From assembly GCA_004764695.1 (NCBI GenBank), contig SMSO01000035.1:124001-188000 (forward strand): a stretch of DNA of 64,000 bases, given 5' to 3'. Shown here one piece after another: positions 1-12,913 of the stretch. Position numbers and translations under genes: made by a program. Origin of the DNA: Schizochytrium sp. TIO01. Taxonomy: Eukaryota; Protista; Bigyra: Labyrinthulomycetes. Every line of letters begins with the position of its first letter. Position 1 is the stretch's first letter. The notes under the pieces were generated by a model. The model searched no databases. It saw only the letters and a list, made by a program, of their open reading frames with translations, and had not been told where the DNA came from.

Positions 1-1101
1 CTGAGTATGAAGATTCCGGGGCGTGTTGGTTACCAATGCTCTAACTTCTATCGCAAGCTAGTATCCATGGGTAAAGTCATCGACCCGAATTATCAAATTG
101 ATGAACAAGGAAAGCTTAAATTTGTGCGACCGAAAGGGCTAAAGCGCGCAACAGCAGCCAACACAAAGGTTTTAAAGGAACCCAAAGAAACAAAATCAGC
201 AAAGACTTCTAAGAAAGCATCAGCAACAGCAGCAGACGAAGAGTTCTCTCCTTCATCTGTCCAGCCAGACGCAGAGACTGATTTACAAAGTGGTACTGCG
301 CCCACTGAATCTACGACTGAAGAAAGTGCAACCTCTGATGGGGTCAATGGTGACGTTGCGCTCGCTGAGGCAGGTGAAGCCGGCGCGACCTCATCAACAA
401 CACCAGCAAATGGAGAAGATACTGTTTCCGCAGATGTATCAGCCTCAGCCTCGTCAAATGCAGAATCTGCTAGCAAGACAAACACAAAGGCTGGTTCGAA
501 ATCCAAGTCAAAGGCAGCCACTTCAGCACTGAAGCCCACAATGCAGCTAAAAAGGGCCCAAAAAACAAAGGAAGCTCTTACTGAAAAGGTTGCAAAAGAG
601 AGAGCTGCCTTGCTCGGTGCACAACGTGAACGTGCCACAAAGTCGAAGAAGCGAGCGGCGCGTTCGCGAGCAAAGCGTAAGGGCAAGAACACAGACGAGA
701 TCTTTGCAGACGAGGTGGACTCGTCAGATGGAGATGCTGACTACGGGACTTACGGATATGGCGGTGCTGCACATAAGCGCCGACGTACCGCTGCATCGAA
801 TGCAGGTCAAACTAAGCGTGTAGAGAGCGATTTTCCGCAGCTCATTCCTGGTCTCAAGTGTCCTATGACGTATGAACCTGTCTACGATCCTGCACTTTCC
901 CCTTATGGTCATGTCATGGGATATGACACATGGTTACGTGTATTGGGTCGTGAGCCTCGCAACACGTGCCCTTTTACAAAACAGAAGCTAACACGCCGCT
1001 CGCTTATCAAACTCACAACTGACAACATTGACGAGTACCGTGACAAGATCCAGCAGGTGGACACCAATCTGAACTTTGGTCCCACGACATCTTCGAGCTA
1101 A
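1..1101 (+). CDS. 3' part of a Myb/SANT-like + C-terminal U-box/RING-like protein (5'-truncated by the window)
   Basis: Frame is open from base 1 (ctg agt atg). SMKIPGRVGYQCSNFYR resembles the end of a Myb-like repeat. A low-complexity basic/acidic linker follows, then CPMTYEPVYDPALSPYGHVMGYDTW...CPFTKQKL, a U-box-type pattern. Confidence 0.75.
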   Translation: MSMKIPGRVGYQCSNFYRKLVSMGKVIDPNYQIDEQGKLKFVRPKGLKRATAANTKVLKEPKETKSAKTSKKASATAADEEFSPSSVQPDAETDLQSGTAPTESTTEESATSDGVNGDVALAEAGEAGATSSTTPANGEDTVSADVSASASSNAESASKTNTKAGSKSKSKAATSALKPTMQLKRAQKTKEALTEKVAKERAALLGAQRERATKSKKRAARSRAKRKGKNTDEIFADEVDSSDGDADYGTYGYGGAAHKRRRTAASNAGQTKRVESDFPQLIPGLKCPMTYEPVYDPALSPYGHVMGYDTWLRVLGREPRNTCPFTKQKLTRRSLIKLTTDNIDEYRDKIQQVDTNLNFGPTTSSS

Positions 1102-2952
1102 TTTCATTTGCTCATTCCACATCGCATTGCCTCTCGTTTTTAACTACCTGAGACAGTCTTATCTGCTGCAGTTTTCTCAGAGATAGTATATATGTGTTTT
1201 TAAAATCGCACTGACAAATTATGATTGGTTTGACAGCACCTAATTTGTTTTCAAGTAGGTACTGGTGCATACAACCTGAAATCCCGACTCCTTGTGCGGC
1301 ACTGTTTGTCAGCGCATATCTTTTATGAGCACATGGGCCCATGAGTCATTTATATGCAGCATACGAGCAGTGGCATATATTTTTTCTAAAGGTCCGGATC
1401 ACAATTATTGCCTTACTTGTTTAGATGTGCGTGGTTCCATAGTTGCCTGCCCGAGCGCAAGAAGAAAACCCTGGTACCAAGGGAACTTTCTTGTTTGAAG
1501 CCTTCTCATTTGTTGGTGACTCGTGAGGTCTCATATTCTATCTCTACGTCAATTGCAAAACATGCGGCCTTTACAACTTCAACAAACATATCACGTCGCA
1601 GCACATTACATCACAGCCCCCCTCTTGTATTCCTTCCCATTATGATCACCAGCGTGAACCTAGCTTGAAATTCATTAACCTCTCCTTCAGCATCGTAATG
1701 ATCAACACCAACTTTATGCTTTCATCACATCTTCTCATGGGAACTTATTATTCTCAAAAGCTTGTACACTAAATCGTTTTTCTGCGCTTGGTGCCCATTA
1801 GAACCTTCGGGACAATGTGGCTGAATGTGATTGCAATTTTATTGCCCATGGTACGTGTCCTGTGTCTCCGGTACTCGGCTGCCTTCTGAACATTTTGCTT
1901 TGTGCTTGGCAAGTTGCCCACCGGGGGTCGTGGGACTTTGATGCAAACCCTGCAAATGCATATCCTGGCTGGTCTAAGCATACCAGCGCAACAACATTTC
2001 CCCTTACGTACACTTATTGTTACTCGATTCAAGCTGCCAGCCCCTGAAGAGGTATCTTAGTACTGATGCTACGAAATCAATTAGACCAAAATTGTCCCTT
2101 GTTCTTGCCCCTCCTTTGACCATGACTGGCTTGTTCAAGGGTGGGCATTCTCTTCTAATTGTTGTTCCATCCTTTTCATTTTCGTTTTCAAAAGAATTAT
2201 CACCTGAGTTAAAAAAACAAAACAAAACAAAACAAAACATTTTTTAAACCGTATTCTTTTTTTTTCTTTTTTTAAATAAATTACGGCTCTACTTCTCACA
2301 TACTAGGTACCTTTGATAAATGCAAGCTGACAGCATTGGGAAGACGGACCACGATCATATACAAAGCCTATTGTTTCAACATGTTATCCTTCATCTCCCT
2401 ATTTAGTCATCTTTTTGATCAACAATCTGGGTGACGGCCGCTACATTGTTCTGCATTCAATTTAAACACTAAAATATTCTTAATTTATTAAGCGCAGACA
2501 GGGCTACAATGGTCACGTGCTGGTCTCTCTTCGAAATGATTTGGAGAAGTAGAAAAAGTAAGCTGTCCTTCATTTCCTCCCTTCCTCAATGCAATTGTTA
2601 TGCACGCCTGCTGCTGCTAGCTTCGTATGTTTGCTGGTTTTCAATGAGTCAGGGCAATGCACAGCACAGCGTGGTTTTCGAGTACCTACTTATGTTTTGT
2701 GCTAGAATTTTACCAAACCCAACAAGGGAGATCCAAGCTCGCACTTTGTTATGCATCACAAAAGCGATATTCACTGCGCGGACTTGGAGCTCTAAAAATA
2801 TGGTTTATTGGCCCAACTTGGTTGGTCACTAGTTTTACCTTGCCGACGCGGAGCCTTTCCTACTCTTCGTCTTCCCACTTCCCACCAAGACGAAATTGAA
2901 TGCAAACAACACAGATTATTTTTGGTTCTACCCAAAATACTAAGAATTTGTA

Positions 2953-2954
<2 letters not shown>

Positions 2955-2993
<39 letters not shown>
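2955..2993. repeat. Poly(T) homopolymer (~39 nt)
   Basis: Directly visible. Confidence 0.95.
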
Positions 2994-4291
2994 CTCTCAA
3001 GTTCATTTTTTTATATTTCAACCAAAATCCTCAGCTGGCAGTGACAACCATGTTTTGCTCTCATCAATTACTGTGGCGTTCGCACCGCGGCGCAAATGAC
3101 ACGCCGGTGGAGCAGTATCTTAGCTTGGGTCTCCTCGCTAGATCATCGCCTACCCTATCTCACCGAGCACCCATGAAAGTAAAAAGAAAGGCTATCGGGG
3201 AAAGAGATTTGTCTCGACGCTCTATTGTCCGCCTGAGCTGGGACAGCACACCTCCATGGCACAGAGTAGGTCCCTGGTGCCATGCATAGTAGCAGCAGCA
3301 ACAATAATAACATCAATAACAACAATCGCTACCATTGATAAAGTGGATTTGGCTGATTGAATATTCATTCAGATAGTCAGCCAGCCAGCGAGCTGACCAG
3401 CGCAATGACGGGAATAATCAAACTTTCCCTTCACATTTTGCGAGTCGTAGCACCTCGCAGCTCATACAGGACTTCGCACAGAATTTGATCTTGTGAGCTC
3501 AGACCGACTTGACTTTGCGATCTCCAAGCAATCTCATTTTCCTACTCGTGTGATTAAATCCCTCAAGTACAGAAACCAAGATGGCGGCAGGTAGGCATGC
3601 ATTCGGCAGAAAGATCCGTTGGAAGCTTAGGTACTATCGGATCACCATAAATATGAAGAAAGTCTCTATTTGGAATTCCGTGCCTCGTTCTGCGAGCTAC
3701 CCAGGGCAGATATAAATGCATATGAATGAGAGGGAAGAAACCAATTCCAAGCTTACGATCAAGGTTAAGAACGCAGAGGTCTAGACTACAGTCGGAACCA
3801 ACTTGATGCTGCAGCAGTAGGAACCGTAGCGGCGGGTTGCATCTCTACGGCTGTCTCCTCGCAGTTTTTCGCTCTTTTCCTCCTTTTTCTTTAAAGCTTT
3901 CTTTTAAATATTTTCAAAGAGAGTAGGAAACCATTACATATATCAATAAGTTGTAATTTTTGCCAAGGTGGTTGCTAGTGTTGTTAGTTATACATATTTA
4001 AAAAAATAAAAATGTTTTTATTTATTTTCTATTATCAAATTAGTGTTTTTTGTTGTTGTTGTGAAACTAAAGAAGGCAAATTGTAAGTTTCGACGTCTCA
4101 GAGCAATCAAATCGAAGCTTCTTAATTCAAACTCACTTGATCTCTTTCGCACTTCTTCCTCGAACTCCACCACCGAAGGAAACTGCATTTTAGTCATTAA
4201 TACAAGCCCAATAAGGGTCGCTCTTTGCGGTCAATCATCGCATCCAAACGAGGATCAGACAACACATCTGGCGTGAGACAATCAATTATCG

Positions 4292-4334
4292 ATTGATCGA
4301 TCGATCGATCGATCAATCAATCAATCAATCAATC
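4292..4334. repeat. (GATC)n/(CAAT)n microsatellite; a similar (CAAT)n run lies at ~5020-5047
   Basis: Directly visible. Confidence 0.9.
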
Positions 4335-5897
4335 GTTCAACTCATATCTACCTTCTACCAATTCGTCGATAGATCCTCGAGGGCCTTCGAGCTCGCTCAC
4401 CGAACCCGGGAAGCAACCAAGACAAGGCCTTGAGGCAGCAGAACTGACAAAGTGAAAACTAAAGTCAGTCTGTCAACAGAAGAGCAATCACCCAATCGGC
4501 GCCTCTCGGCCTAGCCCGGTTGGCCATTCTCCATAGTCCTCGCCTTGCGCCAAGAAGGACCTGCAAGGGAAAGCGGTTTGCCCGCGTTCGTGTTCCCTTC
4601 AACATTCACGCTCGAGACAGGGTTGTCCACGAGCGAGCAAATAGTGACTCAGTGGACCCTTTCGTTCGTTCTTTCGCTCTTTTGCTAATTGCTCCATTCC
4701 GCCAAAACCATAAAACTCCACCTCTAGGGAGCACAAGACCAGAACCACTCCTCCTGCCACCCACCTTAGCGAGTTCTCAAGTCTGTTTTGTCGCCTCAAA
4801 GTAGCGTCGGCTTCATCGACATCGACAAGGACGTCTATATCGGCCTCAATCAAAGCAGCACGGTCACCTCATCTGTTGCTTTTTTTGATTCTGTGTTTTT
4901 CTTTTCCCTGTCATCCTTTTGAGCGTGTTTCTTTTACTTCCCTTTCTCTCGTTCTTTCTTTCGTTCTTTCGTTCTTTCTTTCTTCGGGTCTCCTTCTTTG
5001 ATCTGTTTATTTACTCATCGATCAATCAATCAATCAATCAATCAATCGCATAAATCGCATAGACTGATACGTAGGCAGATTCTTAGTACAGAGTAGTAGG
5101 TTGATTTATTTCGTCAATCTGCGTTCTCCTTGACGCTCGCTCGCAGTCTCGAGTCGAGGCAACCCGGTCCTGCATCACCTGCCTGCAGGGCATTTTCGCG
5201 GTGCCCATAGTCTGCGAAGCCGTACCCCTCGCAGCGAGGCCCTCATCTTCATTTTCCTTCATCCTCTGCCCTGTCAAGGCCTTCGACGAGGGTTCGAGTT
5301 CTTGCGCACGGCGCTTCAAGTTTATTTGTCTGTTGTCTGCCTCTGCCTCTGTTCAATCGGTTCCAGTAGCTCATCCAGTCGTTTCCTCGCTCATTTCTTT
5401 GTCCCAAGAACGCCGAGCTCTTGCCTCGTAGCTAGTCCAAGCCAACGCGTACAAGAAGACTACCTCGCTGTCAGCCAGGTACAGCAATAGGCTCCTCCTC
5501 TCAGGCAGGAGCTACTTCAAAGGTAGAGCGCCTCATTTCACTTGCGCAAGCCCTTCTTTGTTTGTTGCTTTCTTTCATAAAGCAATTCTTTGCTTTGCTT
5601 TCTGCAACCCTTCGCTTCATTGCTACTGCTGCTTAAGGTACTGCTAGCCTCAGAGCGCACGGTGTGAGCTGACCGGCGGCCAGAGCTAGGTGACCCTTGA
5701 CCTCGTTTCAGGGTTCATTCAAAGTTGAGTTTGCAGTGGAGACAAGTTTTGCAGGTTATACTTGGGACGTTTGCTGCATTGCGACTGTGCGTGGGTACGA
5801 ATTGTTGTTAGGGATTCTGGTGTTCTCGTTGAGGCAGCGGCTGTAGACGAGGTTCTCGCTTGTTTTTGCGGGGCTTTGACTCGTTTGGACTGATCTG

Positions 5898-7352
5898 ATG
5901 GGGTGCACACAATCGCAAAACGCGGCAGGCGCTGGACCCGGGCCGAGGGCCGTGGTGTCTTCTAGAGAGGTCCCTGCGAGCAAGCGGAGTAAACTCTGGG
6001 GATCAAGGCAGCCCGCAGGATCTGATGCGTCTGCCAGTTCAGCAGCAGACTCTGGGTCGAATAGGAACGAGATCGAGCTTGATGAGTCCAAGAATGGGGA
6101 TCATGATGAGGGAGAACAGCAGAATGCCAACACCAATAACAATGGCAGTAGCAGCAGCATCAATTCTACAGCAAGCGGACCAGAAGATAGCGAAGATACT
6201 GATGCAGCAGAGCGTCGTGGCATTGAGGTCCCGGAAATTGACCTTGAAGGTCTCGTAGCAGAAGTCAATTCAGATCGCAAGCGGCTCAGCATTATGAAGT
6301 CAAACCACCAGGACCCCCGTAGATTACGTGCAGGTCTTCGCGCATACCCGCAGCCGCCAGCCACTCTTATCTCTTCACCAGAGCAATATGGTCTTGCAGA
6401 CCCTGGTGAGGACATCGGTAATGGCGCCTTTGGAGAGAACGGTGCTAGTGAGGAGCTCGGTCTCTCTTTTTCATGTGTCACACGTCCAGGCAATGATCCA
6501 GCCAAAGGCCAGAAGGAAAATCAAGACACCTACTGTGTTATGAATGGACTCGCAAGCGATTCTGCTGCATTTAGTGTCATGGTGTTTGATGGTCATGGGC
6601 CCTTTGGTGCTCTTGCCTCCAAATTTGTCCGCGAGCGCCTTCCCAAGGCTTTGCTAGATTTGGGTATTGGAAGAACAACTTGCCATCACGAAGAAGACAT
6701 TCGACGCATTCTTCACAATGGATGCGTCGAAGTCAACCATCGCCTTGCAACAAGCCACATTGATGTCTACGTGAGTGGCACGACTGGTGTCATGGGTGTC
6801 ATTAAGAAAAATAAGTTGTATGTAGCCAATGTTGGAGACAGTCGTGCTGTATTAGGTCGCATTGGACCTAATGGAAGTTTGCAAGCTGTTGACTTATCTT
6901 TTGATCAAAAACCTGACCGCCCTGACGAACACGCTCGCATCATTCGCTATGGTGGCCGGGTCTTTGAGTGGGGTGTACCGCGCGTCTGGCAACGAGATGT
7001 TGATATGCCTGGTCTTGCTATGGCCCGGTCTTTTGGTGATCTTGCTGCTGAAGCTGTCGGTGTCTTTGCTGAACCTGAAATTACTGTCACAGAACTCACC
7101 AAAGACGACAAGTTCCTCATTTTTGCAACCGATGGTGTTTGGGAATTCATGAGCAGTTCAGATGTCATCAAGATTATTGGAAAGCACATGGACAACAAGC
7201 CACCTGGGCTGGCCGCAAGAGATGCATGTGTAGAGGTGATCAAAACTTCTGTAGCTAGATGGAATGAAGTGGAAGATGTTGTAGATGATAGCACCTGTGT
7301 TATTATTTCTTTGGCTGGGGATGATGATGCGAATGCGGAGAATGAACTTTAA
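5898..7352 (+). CDS. Protein phosphatase 2C (PPM family) with N-terminal myristoylation/palmitoylation motif
   Basis: 484-aa ORF with PP2C motifs ENQD, VFDGHG, SGTT, VANVGDSRAVL, GLAMARSFGD, ATDGVWE and DDST. N-terminus is MGCTQS. Confidence 0.95.
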   Translation: MGCTQSQNAAGAGPGPRAVVSSREVPASKRSKLWGSRQPAGSDASASSAADSGSNRNEIELDESKNGDHDEGEQQNANTNNNGSSSSINSTASGPEDSEDTDAAERRGIEVPEIDLEGLVAEVNSDRKRLSIMKSNHQDPRRLRAGLRAYPQPPATLISSPEQYGLADPGEDIGNGAFGENGASEELGLSFSCVTRPGNDPAKGQKENQDTYCVMNGLASDSAAFSVMVFDGHGPFGALASKFVRERLPKALLDLGIGRTTCHHEEDIRRILHNGCVEVNHRLATSHIDVYVSGTTGVMGVIKKNKLYVANVGDSRAVLGRIGPNGSLQAVDLSFDQKPDRPDEHARIIRYGGRVFEWGVPRVWQRDVDMPGLAMARSFGDLAAEAVGVFAEPEITVTELTKDDKFLIFATDGVWEFMSSSDVIKIIGKHMDNKPPGLAARDACVEVIKTSVARWNEVEDVVDDSTCVIISLAGDDDANAENEL

Positions 7353-8019
7353 AGAACAAATCTCCATGCCACAGATTCGGCACATTGTACTTTTCAGAGA
7401 AGATGAGGTAACATAAAAACCTTTTTGGCCCTGCTACTGTCGTATCAATAAGTTCCAAAGAGAAACAAGACATGCGTTTCTTGTGCGAAGTAGTAGAATA
7501 GCTTCCAGCTTCAGGAAAGCTTATGTGCGAAACCACTTCATCTTCATGGTTCCCTAAGCTCGCTTGGCCATAGTTTGTATAGTGAAATTAGAAAATGGAA
7601 GATCTCGTAATTTTGGTACTACCTATTCAAAAGTATTCTACCGTTCAGTAGTTTCAGCGCATGATACTGACGAACTTTTGTAAACGAGGTCAGGCTTGAG
7701 GCTTTTAAGTCCCTCAACAATAAGAACCTGGTATGTTTAACCAAGAAATAGAAAACTCCAACACTTTTTGTCGAGTCAAATTCAGCCAACTTACGTAAAA
7801 CGCTGATTATTTCAAATACCAGAAAGGCTTACTTTTGATCCATTCTTTTGTTTGTTTGTATGTTTTAGTCTTTGCCGTGGCCCATCTGATAAACTGCCTG
7901 CTCGAAGAATTCTTGCCGAGCGACATTCTGTTGCATAGTACAACAGCCACAACGAGCGACGATGCTACAGCGACACAATAGCAGCTATCTATGTATTTAT
8001 GATATCTACTTTGCTACTA

Positions 8020-8052
<33 letters not shown>

Positions 8053-8697
8053 TAGTCCTGTGTTTGGTCGTATCGTGCTTGATCAGTTTATGTAAAAGCC
8101 TTCTCAAACTCCACTGTTATCAACCCCCCAAAGGTAGAACTTCAGCCAGGACCAATTCAAAGTTTCTTTTGCTAATCTTTTATGCCTTTGATAATGAAAT
8201 TATGTACATCTGAGGTCCGTGTAAGTGATCATGTATTCCTTCGCTTCAATGTTCGCTTATCATAAGTATGGTTTAATCACCATGAAGTTGCCCCCCGCCC
8301 CTTCAGTTTCGAGGAACCATCCACTCTTGCTCAAATAAATACATGATGAACTCGTAGGCACAATTTCACTCTCACTAGTTATGAGAGACTAAATTCGTGA
8401 ATCATTTCATTTCGCCACAAACTCAAGGCAAAAGATCTCATTTATGGCACAACTTAGGATGAGATATTGGGCTAAAGCTCCGCTCTTTAAACAGGGACTA
8501 CTACTTCCTTCAATAAAGACAAAATGGAAGTTGCGCGCCTGCTTGAAAGTCATCAGTTGAATCCCATGTATTGTAGTCGTCAAGTTTGTGCGGGTAGGTA
8601 GGTGTTGATCAAATAGCATAGAATAAAAGGACTATTATTTATAAAAGTAAGAGCAGTGAATTATTAAACACTCTTCGTTTCTGTATACGAATGATAA

Positions 8698-11600
8698 TTA
8701 GAAAAATGGCTGTTGTTGCTGCTGCTGAAAACTAGCATAATCTTGCTGATGCAACTGTTGAGGTGGATGATAGTACACGTTTCTATTGTCGAGGTGGTTC
8801 GGGTGCTGCAGAGGAGCATGCGGCGATCCCATATCATACTGACTGTAATACTGATTATGTTGGTACTGATGAGGTTGCATGTGAGGGTTGTGATGGAACG
8901 GCTGCATAGAACCTATGCTTCCACCGCTACCGCCACCACCGCGCATCATGCGCTCATCAAGCCCATGTGAGTTCGATACAGGGGACATGAGCGGACCCAT
9001 TTCTAGATGCGACGCACCACTTGGTGAGAGTAGAGGACTCGTCCGACTTGTCAAAGGGGGTTGTGGAGTGGATGCGAGACTGCTCGCAGGATCCAGGTCA
9101 AGGCTAGAGAAAGCATCGCTTGATGAAAAATTGGTAGACAACGGTTCAAGATCCGGCATGAGAGACCGCGAGGTGGGCTGACCGCCTGTGCTTGTGTGGC
9201 GCGCTAGCGCAGGGCTTGGAAGACTAGGAAATGGTGAAGATGGAACGCTAACCTCAAGTGATGTGGCCCTGCGGAAGCCATGACCACGATCACCGCTGCG
9301 TGGAGCAGGCGAGCCTAAAGCTGGGACGTTACTGTTGCTCCAAATTCCAGAGCTGTCAGGCACAGGACCCGGTGATGAAGCTCGAAAAGACGGCGATGAA
9401 GTGGAGGAGGGCAGATGAAGAGTATCGAGACTGATTGTAGGGAGGTTTTGACGCTGCTGCTGTTGTTGTTGTTGAGACTGTGAAGAGGTAGAAGCGCCAT
9501 CATGCGAGAGACTGAGTCCACCCATCGAATAGCTACGACGACTATGGCCAGAACCGCCCTGTTCATTAAATGATTGAGGGAACGGACTTTGTGGGACGTC
9601 CAGTGCCCCACCCTGATACGAGCGCGGAGACGAAGGACCTACAAAAGGTTCAAGCATAGATGCCGAGGCTGAAGACAAGGTCGAAAAGGTGCGTTCAATT
9701 CGATGAAAGTTTTCTTCTGCCGCATCGGCAGCACGTGACTCCTCGCTGCTACTTTGCATATGACGAAGGCTATGTCCCATGTCACTACTTGCAAAGTGCG
9801 AGAGCGAATGCATGCTGTCATTACTACTTGAAGAGTGTAAATCAAAACCTGAGTGATCTCCCAGAGTGGAGAATGGCTTTCCACTGTGGTGGCTCAAGGT
9901 TGAAGCTCGCGCTGAATGAGGCTGCTGCTGCAGCAGATTATCAAGCTGTTGCATCGCAAGATCGTCCCGCGAGGTACCAGCCAATGAGGCGGATCGGATA
10001 CGGTTCTCAATCTCTGGCAGGCACACATTGCTATCAGCATTGAGAGCGGCCAGTGGCGAGGACATGTAATTTCCCAAGCTGTGGATCTCTGCCCCATTCC
10101 CACGCGAAGATGAGAACTGTTGCTGTAGATTGTCTTTACCAGGCCGTTGTTGGATTGGAGTACGCATAGCAGGCTTGTTGGTCCATGGATTGGTGCCAGG
10201 GACGAGATTGCTTGTGTGCTGCGAGACAGACAAAGATGAGCCTCGCGGCGAGCGGTTCGTTGTAGTACCATCTTTTTCTTCCTCTTCTACCGTCATCGTG
10301 GAGCCTGAAGAGCGTCGCTGCTGCTGGAGCTGTTGGCGCTCGTTCATCGTAGTGTTGCTACTCAATGCATTATTACTACTGTTACTGGTGATAATGGAGG
10401 AGGTCGTTGTAGTGGGAGACTGGCCTGAAGTAGCGTTTGTGGATTCCTGGCGCGCGACGCAACGCTTGACTTCGACTTGTTTGCCATCAATGACGTGCAT
10501 GCCCTCAGAGTCTTGTTCGCCGAGAACCTTATCTACAGACTCATAGTCGCGAAACACCACAAAGCCAAAGCCTCGTGACTTTTTTGTGTCACGATTATAA
10601 ATGACCTCTGCTGATTCCACAGCGCCATACTTTTCAAAGAAGTCGCGAAGTGATTCATGGCCGGTAGCGTACAAGAGACCTCCCACGAATATTTTATTGG
10701 AGATGATACTACCCCCGTTGTTCGACGCCGTGCCATCTGCAGGGCCATCTGCAGGATTGCTAAAAATATTGCTATTCACAGACATGGTGTTTGCAGTATT
10801 GATGTTTTGTGAATTCTCTCCATTAGCTACAGCTGTTGCAGCACCGGCAGATGTCTTAGAGTTGGGGGTCTTCGGGGTCTTCAGAGAGCTGCCCATACCG
10901 CGTCCGCCTTCCTTTGATTCGACTCGGGAATTTGTGGTAAGCGGGCAATTCTGCTTGCCCTTGCTGTTTACACTGGTAGAGCGAGCCTTGCGTGCAGTGC
11001 CGCCAAGACTGTCAATGCTTGTGATGCTACCAATACTAGATTTACGTGGTTTGCCGTTGTTCATATTTTGCTGTTGATATTGACTAGTATTACTATTGTG
11101 ACCGGCAACTTGTGCGTAGGGCATTGAGTGGGGAGAACCAGGTAGGTGTTGGCTGAGATCTGAGACTGCGTCACAAACTTCATCATGGAGCTCACTAGTT
11201 TCGCTGCAGGCATCTAAGGTTACTGGAGAAGAGCAAGTATTTCGGGATTTTTGCGTGCCTCCAGTTACAGCAGCACTATAAGGTCCCGGAAGCGAGGTTG
11301 CCCCAAATTGCGGAGATCCACCACGTGAATTTGGCCGGAGAGCACTAGTACTTTGAGAATACTTATTGTTGCTGTTAGTGACGTTCGCGAGGTTTGCTAC
11401 GGAAGAGGCTCTACCATTGCCATGGGCGGACTTATTATTATTGAAACTGCTGCTAACATTATTGGTCTGCTGGCCACCGCGTTCACCACCCGATGAGGCA
11501 GACGAGAATGACGCTTTGCGAGACTTGCTGCTACTGGTTCCTGACGCAGGATTTCCATCTGCAGAATTGGTAGCATTACTAGCAGATCGAGGCACAGCAA

Positions 11601-11937
11601 ATTTTGCCTCGACTTTGCGGCCATCAATCATGTGATGCGTGTAGGATACAACTTCACTTGCAGCTTTCAGTGTAGCAAAAGTGACAAAGCCAAAGCCTCG
11701 CGAGCGCATTGTGTTCGGATCGCGTAGTACCACGGCGGACTCGACATGGCCATAGTCCTGAAAATATCGTTCGAGGCTCTCATCTGTTGTATCGTATGAG
11801 AGTCCGCCGATGAAAAGTTTATTAGGTTGCCCAGCGCTTGGGGAGCCGCCAGACATTCCACTGCTGTCTGTTGATTCTCCACGACTTTTGCTTCGGCCAT
11901 GATGTCTCCTCGAGACTCCCGTGGCCGTGGCTGACAT
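8698..11937 (-). CDS. Two-RRM RNA-binding protein (Musashi/DAZAP1/hnRNP A/D-like) with long S/N/Q-rich disordered regions
   Basis: RNP2/RNP1 pairs KLFIGGL..RSRGFGFVTF and KIFVGGL..KSRGFGFVVF. The track start at 11958 is GTG; first ATG is at 11937. Confidence 0.92.
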   Translation of the reverse strand: MSATATGVSRRHHGRSKSRGESTDSSGMSGGSPSAGQPNKLFIGGLSYDTTDESLERYFQDYGHVESAVVLRDPNTMRSRGFGFVTFATLKAASEVVSYTHHMIDGRKVEAKFAVPRSASNATNSADGNPASGTSSSKSRKASFSSASSGGERGGQQTNNVSSSFNNNKSAHGNGRASSVANLANVTNSNNKYSQSTSALRPNSRGGSPQFGATSLPGPYSAAVTGGTQKSRNTCSSPVTLDACSETSELHDEVCDAVSDLSQHLPGSPHSMPYAQVAGHNSNTSQYQQQNMNNGKPRKSSIGSITSIDSLGGTARKARSTSVNSKGKQNCPLTTNSRVESKEGGRGMGSSLKTPKTPNSKTSAGAATAVANGENSQNINTANTMSVNSNIFSNPADGPADGTASNNGGSIISNKIFVGGLLYATGHESLRDFFEKYGAVESAEVIYNRDTKKSRGFGFVVFRDYESVDKVLGEQDSEGMHVIDGKQVEVKRCVARQESTNATSGQSPTTTTSSIITSNSSNNALSSNTTMNERQQLQQQRRSSGSTMTVEEEEKDGTTTNRSPRGSSLSVSQHTSNLVPGTNPWTNKPAMRTPIQQRPGKDNLQQQFSSSRGNGAEIHSLGNYMSSPLAALNADSNVCLPEIENRIRSASLAGTSRDDLAMQQLDNLLQQQPHSARASTLSHHSGKPFSTLGDHSGFDLHSSSSNDSMHSLSHFASSDMGHSLRHMQSSSEESRAADAAEENFHRIERTFSTLSSASASMLEPFVGPSSPRSYQGGALDVPQSPFPQSFNEQGGSGHSRRSYSMGGLSLSHDGASTSSQSQQQQQQQRQNLPTISLDTLHLPSSTSSPSFRASSPGPVPDSSGIWSNSNVPALGSPAPRSGDRGHGFRRATSLEVSVPSSPFPSLPSPALARHTSTGGQPTSRSLMPDLEPLSTNFSSSDAFSSLDLDPASSLASTPQPPLTSRTSPLLSPSGASHLEMGPLMSPVSNSHGLDERMMRGGGGSGGSIGSMQPFHHNPHMQPHQYQHNQYYSQYDMGSPHAPLQHPNHLDNRNVYYHPPQQLHQQDYASFQQQQQQPFF

Positions 11938-12699
11938 GTTCTTGACTGATATATTCACAGCGGAGGTACTTCTTTCTCCACTTTACTCTTGCAGCCGTAG
12001 CAGTAGGAGCTGCAGCAGCGGCAGCAGTAGTCCCCTACTACTTTGCCTTTTCAAACTCCGCCCGGTAAACCTCACACGGGATCCTCTGTCTGAGGAACAA
12101 GCTTTGCGACCAGGCACGCACAGGCTGCGTTCGCGCGATCTCTGTGAAGACAAGACCACCTTTGCCTTGTCCACAGAACAAAAAGGAGGTAAACAAACAA
12201 ACAAAAAGGACCACTAAACAAAAAGGACCAATAAACAAAAACTCCACGCTCGTCGCGTGCTGCCTTTTTCTCCCAGAGCGCGTCTCAGTTCAATCTGGAC
12301 GCCCGGTCCACGATAGCTTGCTCGCTTACTTCCAGCGGCGCTTGAAACCTCTAATGAACCAACAAACGATTCAACGCCGCACCAATGCACCAGCGGCTAC
12401 CTCCTCAATTTGTTAATGTATTCTTCTTCTCCGTCAGAACCCGAATCCTCCCCTCCAACAAGCGCCGGGACCTCGCGTCCTCCACTACACTTCAAGAAAG
12501 AAAGCGAGCACGGGCGCACGGTGCGCTAGGCACACAGGTACGCCAAAGAGTACGGGTTTGCTGTATATGAAAGGATGTCTCTAGGAAACAAGAGAGAGAG
12601 AGAAGGTCTTCCTCTTGTAATAAAAATAGGAGCGAGCGAGTAGAAAGCACGCAAGTAAGAAAGCAAGCGCGTAAGTAGTAAGAAAGTGAGTGGGTTGAG

Positions 12700-12913
12700 T
12701 GTTGAGTGAGTGAGTGAGTGAGTGTAAGTAGAAAGTAAGTGAGCAGTCGCTAAGTAGGTACCTACTGTCTAACTAACTAACTAACTGACTAACTAAACAA
12801 ACGAACTAACTCCCTAGCTAGCTAACTAACTAACTAATTAATTATCTATGTTGCTACTAACTAACCAACCTAGCAACCAACTAACTAACTAACTAACTAA
12901 CCAACTAACTAAC
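12700..12913. repeat. (GAGT)n and degenerate (CTAA)n microsatellite array
   Basis: Directly visible tandem tetramers. Confidence 0.9.

Noticed and set aside
93-692. 199-aa antisense ORF, and similar shadow ORFs such as 26298-27185 (-) and 53188-53835 (+)
   Set aside because: Antisense shadows of real low-complexity or codon-biased genes.
1551-1570. TTGCAAAACATGC resembling the Fanzor right-end motif
   Set aside because: Only ~12 nt of similarity, without the adjacent hairpins or coding remnants.
5260-5315. GGGTTCGAGT resembling a tRNA T-loop
   Set aside because: No D-arm, anticodon arm or acceptor stem could be built.
12769-12913. (CTAA)n as an interstitial telomere
   Set aside because: Tetramer microsatellite lacking the CCCTAA-type unit.
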